Below, piece by piece: positions 49,133 through 58,680 of a DNA stretch of 64,000 nt. The notes below the pieces were generated by a model. That model did not search any database. It was not told where the DNA came from and saw only the letters and a program-made list of their open reading frames with translations. Source of the stretch: Candidatus Babeliales bacterium (GTDB taxonomy: Bacteria; Babelota; Babeliae; Babelales; JACPOV01); NCBI GenBank assembly GCA_050250855.1, contig JBFWNW010000001.1, positions 280,179 through 344,178 on the forward strand. The letters are read 5' to 3'. Each line of letters begins with the position of its first letter. Positions within the stretch are counted from its first letter, which is position 1. The position numbers were made by a program, and so were the translations under genes.

Positions 49133-49272
49133 TGAGCGCCTATTTTTCTTAAAAAATTGACCAATAACGGGATTATCGTAACAGACCAAATGGCCTTTGG
49201 CAACGTTTTTTATGCTTTTTTTGAATTGTTGCCAAAGGCTCTGTTTTTGGGCTTTCCGCTTGTTTTTTTATT

Positions 49273-50340
49273 TCAGATATTATTAATATTGGGCATCTGG
49301 TAGCCGCATTGTTCAAGGTCGTAAAGCCAGGCTGCCAAGAGCTCAGCCTCTTGGGCTTTAAAGAATTTTGCTTGAATCATGTCCTGCATAAGCTTTTCTA
49401 TATGCTCTTTAAAGGTAGGCTCTGAGCACTGCCAGGAGCGTAAGAATGAGGCAAAATCTTCGGCCTTTGTATAAAGATCCTGTTCATCAAGAAAGTCTTT
49501 GAAGATATTATGAGCATTGCGGTCCTGGTACGTTGTGGGCCTTGTAAAGCAAAGTTGCGCATCAAGGTCCCATAGAAGACGCTGAACCCAGTAGCCGCGC
49601 CAGATATCACATACGCGGAATGAAACGGTAATAGGGATAAGAAGGCCCCAAAAAGCTTTTTGGTAAAATACGGTATTTTGTGTATTGAACGGACATAAGG
49701 TGTTTTTTGCAAGGGCTAAAGGTTCTTTTATTGCATCAAATGCAAGATCTTTTTCATCACGCGTTAATCTAAAAATTGCATCAACGTCAGTATCGCCATT
49801 GATAAGTCCTTGCTGGATGGGAATAAAATTTTGCATCGCTTGTATAATGGCATTGTTTGGTGCCAAAATAGCATGCAAGGGATAACCGCGTGGCCATACG
49901 CTTGGTTGACCAAAGTGGCTATAAACATTTACAAGACCAGTCGTGCTTTTTGCGCAAGGGCACTTTGTATATTCTGGTAAGCAGGTAATGGTGTCATCTA
50001 ATAAGATGCTATCATCATCGGTTTCATAAATAATCTGTGCACCGTGTTGTATTGCATACAAGTAGCCGATATTTTTTCTACTGTAATGATTCCACGGCAA
50101 GAGTTTTGTTATAGCAAAGCCGAGTTCTTCTTGCCGTTCAGGACTTAAATATTCACAGTTATCAAGATGCCAATCGCGGGGCGTTTTCTTATCACCAACA
50201 ACAACCATGTGCCAATCTTGCAGGTGAGCGAGCTTTTTTAATGCTGGTGTTGGGTGGTTGATGGTTGTTATAACAATCCATTTATCATGGGCATTGAGTG
50301 AGAGCGTGATAATGAGAAAAAGAATGCGGGTGATTTTCAT
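49273..50340 (-). CDS. STELLO/DUF288-like glycosyltransferase (N-terminal STELLO domain), exported
   Basis: KWIVITTIN.PT, VVVGDKKTP, RKNIGYLYAIQHGA..IYETDDD, VWPRGYPL, DVDAIFRL, PFNTQNT, FRVCDIWRGYW.QRLLW. Confidence 0.8.
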   Translation of the reverse strand: MKITRILFLIITLSLNAHDKWIVITTINHPTPALKKLAHLQDWHMVVVGDKKTPRDWHLDNCEYLSPERQEELGFAITKLLPWNHYSRKNIGYLYAIQHGAQIIYETDDDSILLDDTITCLPEYTKCPCAKSTTGLVNVYSHFGQPSVWPRGYPLHAILAPNNAIIQAMQNFIPIQQGLINGDTDVDAIFRLTRDEKDLAFDAIKEPLALAKNTLCPFNTQNTVFYQKAFWGLLIPITVSFRVCDIWRGYWVQRLLWDLDAQLCFTRPTTYQDRNAHNIFKDFLDEQDLYTKAEDFASFLRSWQCSEPTFKEHIEKLMQDMIQAKFFKAQEAELLAAWLYDLEQCGYQMPNINNI

Positions 50341-50370
50341 AATGACTTCCTTTTTTTTTGAGCTGTTTTC

Positions 50371-51219
50371 CTATGCATGTTTTCCAAATTGTTCTTCAAT
50401 AAATGCTCGATTTTTAAAACTTGATAATTTCACTGGATGATTGAAGATAACATCCTTTCTGTATTGATTTTCTGTATTCTTAATATCGGGTGCATGCCCT
50501 TGCATATAGTGCCATGATTCTTTTGGTGCAAGACAGCTAACTATCGTAGGGAGTGCTGTTTCTAAGAATGCTTTATTTTTATAATAGATTCCAGAAAGAG
50601 TCATAAAATCGTTGCGGTACTGTTTTGGAATATAGACAATGTCAGAATAAGCAACGACAACATTTGATGCACCCCAGTTGTGTGCAAGCATTTTTTTGTA
50701 CTGCTCTGGTGTTTGTTCATAGGCCTTTTGCATGGCGGTGCTGCCAAACTCAGATTTCCACCAAAACCAATCAGGGAATGCTTGTAAGCCTAGTTCTATA
50801 TTGCCAGGATTGCCTGTTTCACGATGAAGCCACATTAGTTTTGCAAACCATATTTTTTTTGTATCAGCATTGAGCATCTGCCACGGTTGCATAATGCAAT
50901 CATCATGGCAGAAAAGATACCCTTCATAATCAGGATACCGCTGCATTGCATCAGCAATTACTTGATAACTCAAGGCGCCATAATGTTGATAAAGAGTATG
51001 TACGTTAGGGTGTTCTTTTTCACCGTAAAACACAATGTTAGGAAAATAATCTTTATAAATAGTTTTTATGAAGGGAATGGATTGGTAATAGGGAAAATTA
51101 TAGTTGATGATCAATAATACGTTGTTAAAGGGTGATTTTGAGCGTAAATGCCACCAGGTAGATCCTACAAAGCAGAGAACTAACGATGCCAATATGAGAT
51201 ATTTTTTGGTAGTAGCCAT
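50371..51219 (-). CDS. Membrane-anchored GT-A-like protein resembling the STELLO C-terminal half
   Basis: FNNVLLIINYN, Y..YFPNIVFYG, YEGYLFCHDD...PW, YSDIVYIP, FLETALPT, HPVKLS. Confidence 0.6.
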   Translation of the reverse strand: MATTKKYLILASLVLCFVGSTWWHLRSKSPFNNVLLIINYNFPYYQSIPFIKTIYKDYFPNIVFYGEKEHPNVHTLYQHYGALSYQVIADAMQRYPDYEGYLFCHDDCIMQPWQMLNADTKKIWFAKLMWLHRETGNPGNIELGLQAFPDWFWWKSEFGSTAMQKAYEQTPEQYKKMLAHNWGASNVVVAYSDIVYIPKQYRNDFMTLSGIYYKNKAFLETALPTIVSCLAPKESWHYMQGHAPDIKNTENQYRKDVIFNHPVKLSSFKNRAFIEEQFGKHA

Positions 51220-51298
51220 TACATCCTTTTTGCATATTTTTTTCTGTATCCTAGATGTATTAGGCAAAAAGGTCAAGTAAAAGATGGGGTTTTAAAGA

Positions 51299-51373
51299 TG
51301 GTGCCGAGGAGCGGAATCGAACCACCGACACTGCGCTCTTCAGGCGCATGCTCTACCACTGAGCTACCTCGGC
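51299..51373 (-). tRNA. tRNA-Phe(GAA)
   Basis: GCCGAGG/CCTCGGC acceptor, loop CT-GAA-GA, ACCA end. Confidence 0.96.
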
Positions 51374-51685
51374 AAGAAAAGAATTTAAGTATTATGTATG
51401 GTATCTTTCCTGAAGTTTTTGTCAACAAAAAAGTAAGACTCCTGGTTTAATAAGTTTTATAACCCTAGTTTTATCGATCTTGAGAAAAGCGGGGGTATAA
51501 ACTGGCTTTGAATAGCGTGATCTCAAGCCTATATTGATTTTTTTTATAAACTGTTCTTGATTTTAAGTACACTCTTTTGTTACGTTCATTGAGAAATTTT
51601 GATACGGTTATACAGCGTAGGTCCCCAGCCATTTGTGTAAAAGAATAAACAAAATTTATAGACAGATTATATTTGAGGGTAACTA

Positions 51686-51735
51686 TGAACGGAAATGGTG
51701 CTATTTTTTATCCGTTCGCCCTAAAGGGTGCGAAC
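51686..51735. repeat. Degenerate type A repeat
   Basis: tgaacgg...ccgttcgccctaaagggtgcgaac (inner hairpin collapsed). Confidence 0.55.
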
Positions 51736-51776
51736 GCTGTGTCATTGAGAGGCCTTTTTAAAGAAGGTAGAAGGCA

Positions 51777-52427
51777 ATGAGGCAACTTCCATCAGATAAA
51801 TATAATGTTGCGTGGTTTAAGCTAGCAGAATTCGTTTCTCGTGGTGAAAAAGAACGAGCTTTGGGTTTGTATCGCTTGCTTATGCATTCATTTGATGATC
51901 AAGCGTTAGCGCTTCAGCTTGAGGGTGATATTTTATTATCGTTTAGTGATGTTGCTGCAACAGAACGGTATGAAAAAGCTGCATTTTTATATGCGCAACA
52001 AGGTCGCTTTGTAGAAGCCATGACTATTTTAGAGCATATTATATTTTTAAAACCAGATGCATTGATAGCATTAAAAAAGCTTCTTGATTTGCTTGATGTA
52101 CAAAAAGATTATATTCGCGTTGTAGAACTTTTAGAACGTATAGCTATTATTTTTTGCAAGCAGCAGATGCTACAAGGTGTTGAAGAGTGGTTAGAGTTTT
52201 ATCAACCTTTTTTAAAAGTTCATGATAAAGCTGAATTGTATAAAAAAATCGTAGTTGAATTATGCAAGCATTCATCATATGGTTTTGAGATAAGAAAACT
52301 ATGGCTCAAGAAGGCATTAGATTATTCACTAGAATCAGCTGATGCAGGGATACAAAAATTCCTTGAAACATTATGCGTGCTTGATGAAGATTTGTATCTT
52401 TTTGCCTGCGATTATATTCAAAAATAA
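51777..52427 (+). CDS. TPR-like helical hypothetical protein
   Basis: AWFKLAE, A..YAQQGRFVEA pattern; SD aaggc. Confidence 0.65.
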   Translation: MRQLPSDKYNVAWFKLAEFVSRGEKERALGLYRLLMHSFDDQALALQLEGDILLSFSDVAATERYEKAAFLYAQQGRFVEAMTILEHIIFLKPDALIALKKLLDLLDVQKDYIRVVELLERIAIIFCKQQMLQGVEEWLEFYQPFLKVHDKAELYKKIVVELCKHSSYGFEIRKLWLKKALDYSLESADAGIQKFLETLCVLDEDLYLFACDYIQK

Positions 52428-52431
52428 TTTT

Positions 52432-55400
52432 TCACAAAGAAAACGCAACTTTAATTTCATGCTTTTCAAGCTCTTGTACGAGTGTTGTATCAAGTGCAAT
52501 AGTTTCTTTTGTTTTTATTTTTAATACACGATCATGTTCTTTGAGTATTACATGGAGAGGAATTTTACCTTTTATAAGATTTTTTTTCACGAGTTCAAGG
52601 AGCGAGTTTGTTGCTTGCTCTGGTAATATCAATGATGATTGCATGAAATGCCATTCATGAAAAATAAGTTCAAGCGGCACGATTTGATCAGCTTTAATTT
52701 TACATTGATTTTGTGAAGTGACATCAAGAGCGCCTTTTACCATAAAAACTTTATAATCTTGAAGCCATGCTTCAACTTTAGCAAAAAGTTTGGGAAAAAT
52801 AATAACTTCACTTTTTGAAGAGACATCTTCTAATTGCACAAATGCCATACGATCACCTTTTTTAGTGACAATCTGTTTTGCTTGCGTGAGTAATCCGCAC
52901 CCAATAACAACAGGATCCTCTAAGCTGTTAATCTGTTTTGTTTTTTCAAGATTAGCTTCAAATGAAGGAATATTGAACCATCTAAAATAGTTTTTGTAAG
53001 CGTCAAGCGGATGAGCACTCAGATAAAAACCGATAACCTCACGTTCTTTATCTAGTTTTTCTTTATTTTCCCATTCTGCACGTGGGGTGAATGCAAAATC
53101 ATTGTCGTCATCATCGGATTTTTGTTGTCCGCCAAAAAGGCCCATCTGGCCAGTCAAAAGGGCACGTTTTTTTTCTGCGGCTTGTTCCATTATGGTGCCA
53201 AGTTCATCATATTTTTGTGCACGATTGCCGGGCATTGCATCGAAAGCACCAGCACAAATTAAACTTTCTATAACACGTTTATTTGCGGTGCGTAAATCTA
53301 TGCGGATGCAAAAATCCATTAAAGATTTATAAGGTTTTTTTTCTCGTTCGTGAATGATTGCCTCAAGCGCAGCATCACCAACGTTTTTGATGCCTTGTAG
53401 ACCAAATAAAAGAGTGCCTTGTACGACGGTAAAATGAATACCAGATCTGTTAATATCAGGTGGTAGCATGGGCAGGTGCATCTCTTTTGCTTCTTGTAAA
53501 TAGAAAGACATTTTTTCTGGATGCGTTGCTTCAAGTGATATGAGACATGCCATAAATTCTGCAGGATAGTGTGCTTTTAAATATGCTGTCTGATACGCAA
53601 TCATGGCGTATGCTGCAGAGTGTGATTTGTTAAAGCCATAACCAGCAAAATAGGCCATAAGGTCAAACAGTTGTTCAGCTTTTTGTGCATTAAAGTTTCG
53701 CTCGGCAGCACGGTTCATAAAGAGGGCCTTTTGTTCTGCCATAACTTCTGCTTTCTTTTTACCCATAGCGCGTCGTAAAATATCCGATTCGCCCAGAGAA
53801 TAACCACCAATAGCAGAAGCGATTTTCATAACCTGTTCTTGATAAACAATAACCCCATACGTTTCTTGCAAAATAGGAGCGAGCTCATCAAATAAATAAG
53901 TAATTGCTTGGCGTCCATGCTTACGCTCTATAAAATCATCGACCATGCCAGAACCAAGTGGACCTGGGCGGTACAAAGCGTTTACGGCAATTAAATCTTC
54001 AAATTTTTCTGGTTGGAGTTTGCGTAGTACTTCTTTTACTCCTTCAGATTCAAATTGGAATACGCCAGATGTTCTTCCTTGTTTGAGCAAATCAAATGTT
54101 TTTTGATCACCAAGAGGAAGCTTATCAATATCAATAGTAACGTTGTGATTTTTCTTGATCAGCTGCACGGCACGATCAATAAGCGTTAAGTTTTTTAAAC
54201 CTAAAAGATCGATTTTTAAAAAACCAATACTCTCAAGTTCTGTCATAGCATATTGTGTTACTAATTCGGTACTTTTTGATGGTACGTATACAGGAAGTAC
54301 TTCATCAATTGGTTCTGGAGAAATAACAATACCGGCAGCATGTTTTGATGCGTGGCGTGTAATACCTTCTAATCTAAATGCAATATCAAACAGTTTGTTA
54401 ACTTTTGGATTACTATTAATAAGTTCTTTTAACCGAGGTTCTTGTTCAAGAGCCTCTTTAAGGGTAATCTTGAGTTGCTCAGGAATTAATGAGCTGATCA
54501 TGTTTGCGTCTTCAAACGGGATGCCAAGAACACGAGCAACATCTTTAACAACACCTTTTGCCATCATAGTACCAAAGGTGATAATTTGTCCTACATTATC
54601 GTGTCCATATTTTTCACGTACATAATTAATAACCGTTTCACGGCCTTCAATGCAAAAATCGATATCAATATCAGGCATCGTGACACGTTCTGGATTTAAG
54701 AATCGCTCAAAAAGCAAATTATATTTAAGAGGGTCGATATTGGTAATTTCAAGTGCCCACGCAACAAGAGAACCCGCAGCAGAACCACGTCCTGGGCCTA
54801 CAGGAATGCCATTGCGCTTTGCCCATTGAATAAAATCACTTACTACCAAAAAGTAACCAATGAAGCCCATTTTAATAATTAAATCAATTTCCAGGTTTAA
54901 GCGCTCGGTATAAAGTTGAATGTCATTGTGCTCAATGCGTTCATGGTCAATAAGCTTTTGCAAACCTTGATTGCAAAGCTCTTTGAAAAATGTTTCTTGC
55001 GTATGTTCTTGAGGTATATCAAACTTGGGAAAAAAGAGCTTATCGGTTTGAAAATCAAAGTTACATTGGTCAGCAATAATGCCACTATTCCATACGGCTT
55101 CCGGGTGATCTTTAAAGAGAGAAAGCATTTCATCTTGTGTTTTTACATAGGCGCGTACGTCACCGAAGGTAAAGCGATCAGGGTCAGTTATTTTGTGCTG
55201 TGTCTGAATAGACAGCATAACTTCGTGCGCTTCATGGTCGCTTGCATCTAAATAATGACAATCGCCGGCAGCAACTAATGGAATATTTTTGCGAGCACTC
55301 CAGGTATACAGCTGTTGATTTAAAACTTTTTGCTCTTCTTGCTCTTCTGGTTGTATTTCAAAATAAAAACGATTGGGAAATACGGAAGTAAACCAATCCA

Positions 55401-55869
55401 TGCGTTCTTCGGCTTCTTTTTCGTTTCCTTCTTTTAAAAGCTGAGGAATATGGCCGCCAAGGCAAGCTGTTGTTGCAATAAGTCCTTCTGCATGCTTTGC
55501 CAATATGTTGTAATCTATGCGTGGTTTAAAATAAAAACCTTTTTGATAAGAAAATGATATAAGTTTGCAGAGGTTTTTATACCCAGTTTCATTTTGTACT
55601 AAAAGAATCACATGATAATATTTTTTTTCAACTGATTTTACGGTGACATCTGGCGTAAGATAGGCTTCCATACCAAGTATGGGTTTTATACCGGCTTTTT
55701 TACATTTCTGGAAAAATTTAACGGCAGCAAAAATATTGCCATGGTCAGTAATAGCAAGTGCTTTGAAAGAATTTTTTTTGCCAAAATCGATAAGAGCATC
55801 AAGCCCTATAGCACCATCAAGCAATGAAAATTCGGTATGCAAATGTAAATGGGTAAAATGTTGTGCCAT
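52432..55869 (-). CDS. dnaE: DNA polymerase III alpha subunit
   Basis: PHP HLHLHTEFSLLDG, GRGSAAGS, PDIDIDF, YGFNKSH; no intein seen. Confidence 0.98.
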   Translation of the reverse strand: MAQHFTHLHLHTEFSLLDGAIGLDALIDFGKKNSFKALAITDHGNIFAAVKFFQKCKKAGIKPILGMEAYLTPDVTVKSVEKKYYHVILLVQNETGYKNLCKLISFSYQKGFYFKPRIDYNILAKHAEGLIATTACLGGHIPQLLKEGNEKEAEERMDWFTSVFPNRFYFEIQPEEQEEQKVLNQQLYTWSARKNIPLVAAGDCHYLDASDHEAHEVMLSIQTQHKITDPDRFTFGDVRAYVKTQDEMLSLFKDHPEAVWNSGIIADQCNFDFQTDKLFFPKFDIPQEHTQETFFKELCNQGLQKLIDHERIEHNDIQLYTERLNLEIDLIIKMGFIGYFLVVSDFIQWAKRNGIPVGPGRGSAAGSLVAWALEITNIDPLKYNLLFERFLNPERVTMPDIDIDFCIEGRETVINYVREKYGHDNVGQIITFGTMMAKGVVKDVARVLGIPFEDANMISSLIPEQLKITLKEALEQEPRLKELINSNPKVNKLFDIAFRLEGITRHASKHAAGIVISPEPIDEVLPVYVPSKSTELVTQYAMTELESIGFLKIDLLGLKNLTLIDRAVQLIKKNHNVTIDIDKLPLGDQKTFDLLKQGRTSGVFQFESEGVKEVLRKLQPEKFEDLIAVNALYRPGPLGSGMVDDFIERKHGRQAITYLFDELAPILQETYGVIVYQEQVMKIASAIGGYSLGESDILRRAMGKKKAEVMAEQKALFMNRAAERNFNAQKAEQLFDLMAYFAGYGFNKSHSAAYAMIAYQTAYLKAHYPAEFMACLISLEATHPEKMSFYLQEAKEMHLPMLPPDINRSGIHFTVVQGTLLFGLQGIKNVGDAALEAIIHEREKKPYKSLMDFCIRIDLRTANKRVIESLICAGAFDAMPGNRAQKYDELGTIMEQAAEKKRALLTGQMGLFGGQQKSDDDDNDFAFTPRAEWENKEKLDKEREVIGFYLSAHPLDAYKNYFRWFNIPSFEANLEKTKQINSLEDPVVIGCGLLTQAKQIVTKKGDRMAFVQLEDVSSKSEVIIFPKLFAKVEAWLQDYKVFMVKGALDVTSQNQCKIKADQIVPLELIFHEWHFMQSSLILPEQATNSLLELVKKNLIKGKIPLHVILKEHDRVLKIKTKETIALDTTLVQELEKHEIKVAFSL

Positions 55870-56009
55870 ATAATTCCTGCATAAAGGACAAAAAGCTTTT
55901 ATGTAGTGTACGTGAATTTAGAGAAAATGTTGAGCAAAAACCTCTTTTTTTTACAAAAAATAGTTAGTTAGGTAGAATAATAAAAAATTATTACCTGAAG
56001 GGAGTTTCT

Positions 56010-56993
56010 ATGCTAAAAAAAGTAACTATAGTGCTTATGTCAACAGTAGGATTGCAGGCTGGCGATAGAAATGAAATGCCATTATCTCTTTTTGTTGAGA
56101 GCAAAAGTTCTTATGTTACTCTTGACTCGGGAGTTTCACATCCTTATGTTTTTCGCCAAATGCGTATTTGCAAGCCAGAACTTGCTGACAAAGAGATTAG
56201 GGATTATATATTTGCTGTAGCCGAATATGCAGATATGCAACCCCACGCAGAGCATAGAGAGCCGTTGATTGTTCATTATTCAGCATCTGATAGTATGTCC
56301 AATAAAGAAGCTATTTTTTTTGGTGAAAATGGCATGATTCGCCTTTCTTACTGGCAATATCCACGTTTGCTTCAGCTTGAAGTAAAAACCGATAAAAAAC
56401 TTTGTTCGTGGCATCTTGGTAATTTAACACGTCAACATTTTGGTCTTATAGAATATGCAGAAAATATAGTTATGGTTGACGATGCAAAAACAGAACATGA
56501 AAATGTTGAAGTGCGCGGTGGTACCGATGTTGGTTATGGTGTTTTTGCAACTAAAGATATTCAAGCAGGGGAATTTATAGGTGGTCTTTATGGTAAATTT
56601 TACCAAGCGCAAGAATGTATGGATTTGCCAGAAGAATACCGTGATCATGTCATGCAGTGTGGTGATCATGTATGGCGTGCGTGCAAAACAAGCGATGAAG
56701 CGGTGCAATATCTGAACCATTCATGTAACCCGAATTGTGGTGTTTTAGGACTGTTTGATTTTGTTGCTATGCGCGATATTAAAGCAGGTGAAGAAATAAC
56801 TACCGATTATGGCATGCAAGATGACTCTAATTGGGCGGTTCCTGGCGGCAAATGTCTTTGTGCTTCTGAGCAATGCCGTGGTGATATCTTGCCCTATCGC
56901 AATTTACCGGCAACTGAGCGTGAGGCATTAAAACCATTTATCTCGCATTGGATTTTGCATAAATATCAGTTGTGTAGTTGCGTAGAAAAATAA
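56010..56993 (+). CDS. SET-domain lysine methyltransferase with signal peptide
   Basis: GYGVFATKDI, YLNHSCNPN, RDIKAGEEITTDY, post-SET CLCASEQCRG. Confidence 0.9.
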   Translation: MLKKVTIVLMSTVGLQAGDRNEMPLSLFVESKSSYVTLDSGVSHPYVFRQMRICKPELADKEIRDYIFAVAEYADMQPHAEHREPLIVHYSASDSMSNKEAIFFGENGMIRLSYWQYPRLLQLEVKTDKKLCSWHLGNLTRQHFGLIEYAENIVMVDDAKTEHENVEVRGGTDVGYGVFATKDIQAGEFIGGLYGKFYQAQECMDLPEEYRDHVMQCGDHVWRACKTSDEAVQYLNHSCNPNCGVLGLFDFVAMRDIKAGEEITTDYGMQDDSNWAVPGGKCLCASEQCRGDILPYRNLPATEREALKPFISHWILHKYQLCSCVEK

Positions 56994-57021
56994 TGTTACA
57001 GGGCTGGGATTCCTGCTCTTT

Positions 57022-58662
57022 TTAATTTGAAATATTAGTTGTGAAATTAATAGGATCTGCAGGGATTGGTGAAACAAATACGTTTGCAATACCTACAAAA
57101 TTTGCTGTGCTGTTATTGTTAGAAAAATTACTATAAATACGATTCATAGTGCCATTATTTTGAAAACCGGTAGCATTACCCGTTGCTGTATTGCTTCTTA
57201 TTTGACATTCATTGCTTGAAGGAACGAGTAAAAAACCGAAGGTAGTATTTGCTTTTGCTGCTGAATTTAAAACGCAATTATTTGCTTGAGCGATTTGAAA
57301 ACCAATGTTATTTCCTTCAGCGTCACAGGTTTGATATACCTGTTGATTACCATTAATATTAAAACCAATCTGTCTGTTGTTCATAGCCGAGCAATCTGTT
57401 GCTCGACAATTGCTGCCAAGAATTCTAAAGCCATCTAAACCATTGCCTTTAGCTTGAGAATCTTCCATATTTAAGCGATTAGTATTAATAAAAAATCCTA
57501 CACCAACATTATTATTAGTAGTACATTGTTGAAATAAGTGACCAAGGCCTGTGGTGCTAATACCATTGCTATTGTTATTATTTGCTTGGCAGCCATTAAA
57601 AATAATACGATTACCATTCGTTTCTACAATACCGTTTCCACTATTATTGTTGGCAAGAAGCTGAAGCATTTGGCAGTTGGTGCAACCTGCAAATGAAAAT
57701 CCATTGAGGCCATTGAAGGTCGAAACAAGATTTACAAAAAAGCCATCATTATTTAATTGAGTGCCAAATTGATTAATAATAAGACCATTTGATCTGTTGA
57801 GCGTAATAAGGCAATCTTGAATAATAAAATTTCTTAATCCTCCCATACTAATACCATTATTACCATTGCCAGCGATTTTTAGATTGCGAAAAATAATATT
57901 TTGACCACCATTAACAATTTGAATAGCATTACTTCCCATGCCTGTGATGGAGCCATTTTGAATAGTAATATTGGAGCGATTGTTGCCAGTTATAAGAATA
58001 CCTACGCCGCTTCCCGTTCCCGGTCCTGCTATACGTTTTTCTTGTAAATCTAAAAGTACGTTGTCAGCTTGAATTACTATGCCATTACTATTCGCTGGTA
58101 CGCTTATATCGGTGACCATGCTATATTGGCCAGGTTGTGTTATAAGGTAGGGAGGGTTGAATACTAAAAACGGTGTGGTACCAACGTTAACGGGTGTCTG
58201 TTGTAATTGTTGTGAAAGAGAAGAATCTATAGATCTGCTTGTTGTTGTGTGCATACATGAACACGCTTTTTCCATATCTTGTGATTTGCTTGTTGTTGCA
58301 AGCATGCAAGGGCAAATTTTTTGTGCTGTTTGAGGAGTTCTGCTTGTTGTATGGATGCATGAGCATGCTCGCTGAGCATCTTCAACATCTTTAGCATATT
58401 CTTGCATAATTAAAAGAGTTGCTGTATTAATTTCAATAGTTCTACTTGAGCTGTGAATGCATGAGCATGCTCTTTCTATTTCTTGTTCATATGATTTACT
58501 GGTTGTTGCAAGCATGCAAGGACAAATTCTTTGTGCTGTTTCAGGAGTTCTGCTTGTTGTGTGCATACATGAGCATGCTTTTTGAGCTTGAAGAATATAC
58601 TCATTTTCAGCGTGTAAAAATGAACATAAAATTGTTATAAGAATAAATAATTTTTGCTTCAT
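57022..58662 (-). CDS. Exported right-handed beta-helix protein with N-terminal CxC repeats
   Basis: Signal peptide; six CxC units; ITQPGQY, NVLLDL, Asn-rich NNxxNG ladder. Confidence 0.8.
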   Translation of the reverse strand: MKQKLFILITILCSFLHAENEYILQAQKACSCMHTTSRTPETAQRICPCMLATTSKSYEQEIERACSCIHSSSRTIEINTATLLIMQEYAKDVEDAQRACSCIHTTSRTPQTAQKICPCMLATTSKSQDMEKACSCMHTTTSRSIDSSLSQQLQQTPVNVGTTPFLVFNPPYLITQPGQYSMVTDISVPANSNGIVIQADNVLLDLQEKRIAGPGTGSGVGILITGNNRSNITIQNGSITGMGSNAIQIVNGGQNIIFRNLKIAGNGNNGISMGGLRNFIIQDCLITLNRSNGLIINQFGTQLNNDGFFVNLVSTFNGLNGFSFAGCTNCQMLQLLANNNSGNGIVETNGNRIIFNGCQANNNNSNGISTTGLGHLFQQCTTNNNVGVGFFINTNRLNMEDSQAKGNGLDGFRILGSNCRATDCSAMNNRQIGFNINGNQQVYQTCDAEGNNIGFQIAQANNCVLNSAAKANTTFGFLLVPSSNECQIRSNTATGNATGFQNNGTMNRIYSNFSNNNSTANFVGIANVFVSPIPADPINFTTNISN

Positions 58663-58680
58663 AGATCTCCTTTTTTTTAT

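Noticed and set aside
52790..55873. Short antisense or alternate-frame ORFs inside dnaE, ppsA, the uvrA-like gene and other long genes
   Set aside because: Shadow ORFs fully overlapping well-supported genes, with no motifs
58230..58595. RiPP precursor cluster
   Set aside because: The Cys/Thr repeats are fused to a signal peptide and beta-helix, and no YcaO, LanBC/LanM or radical SAM gene is nearby
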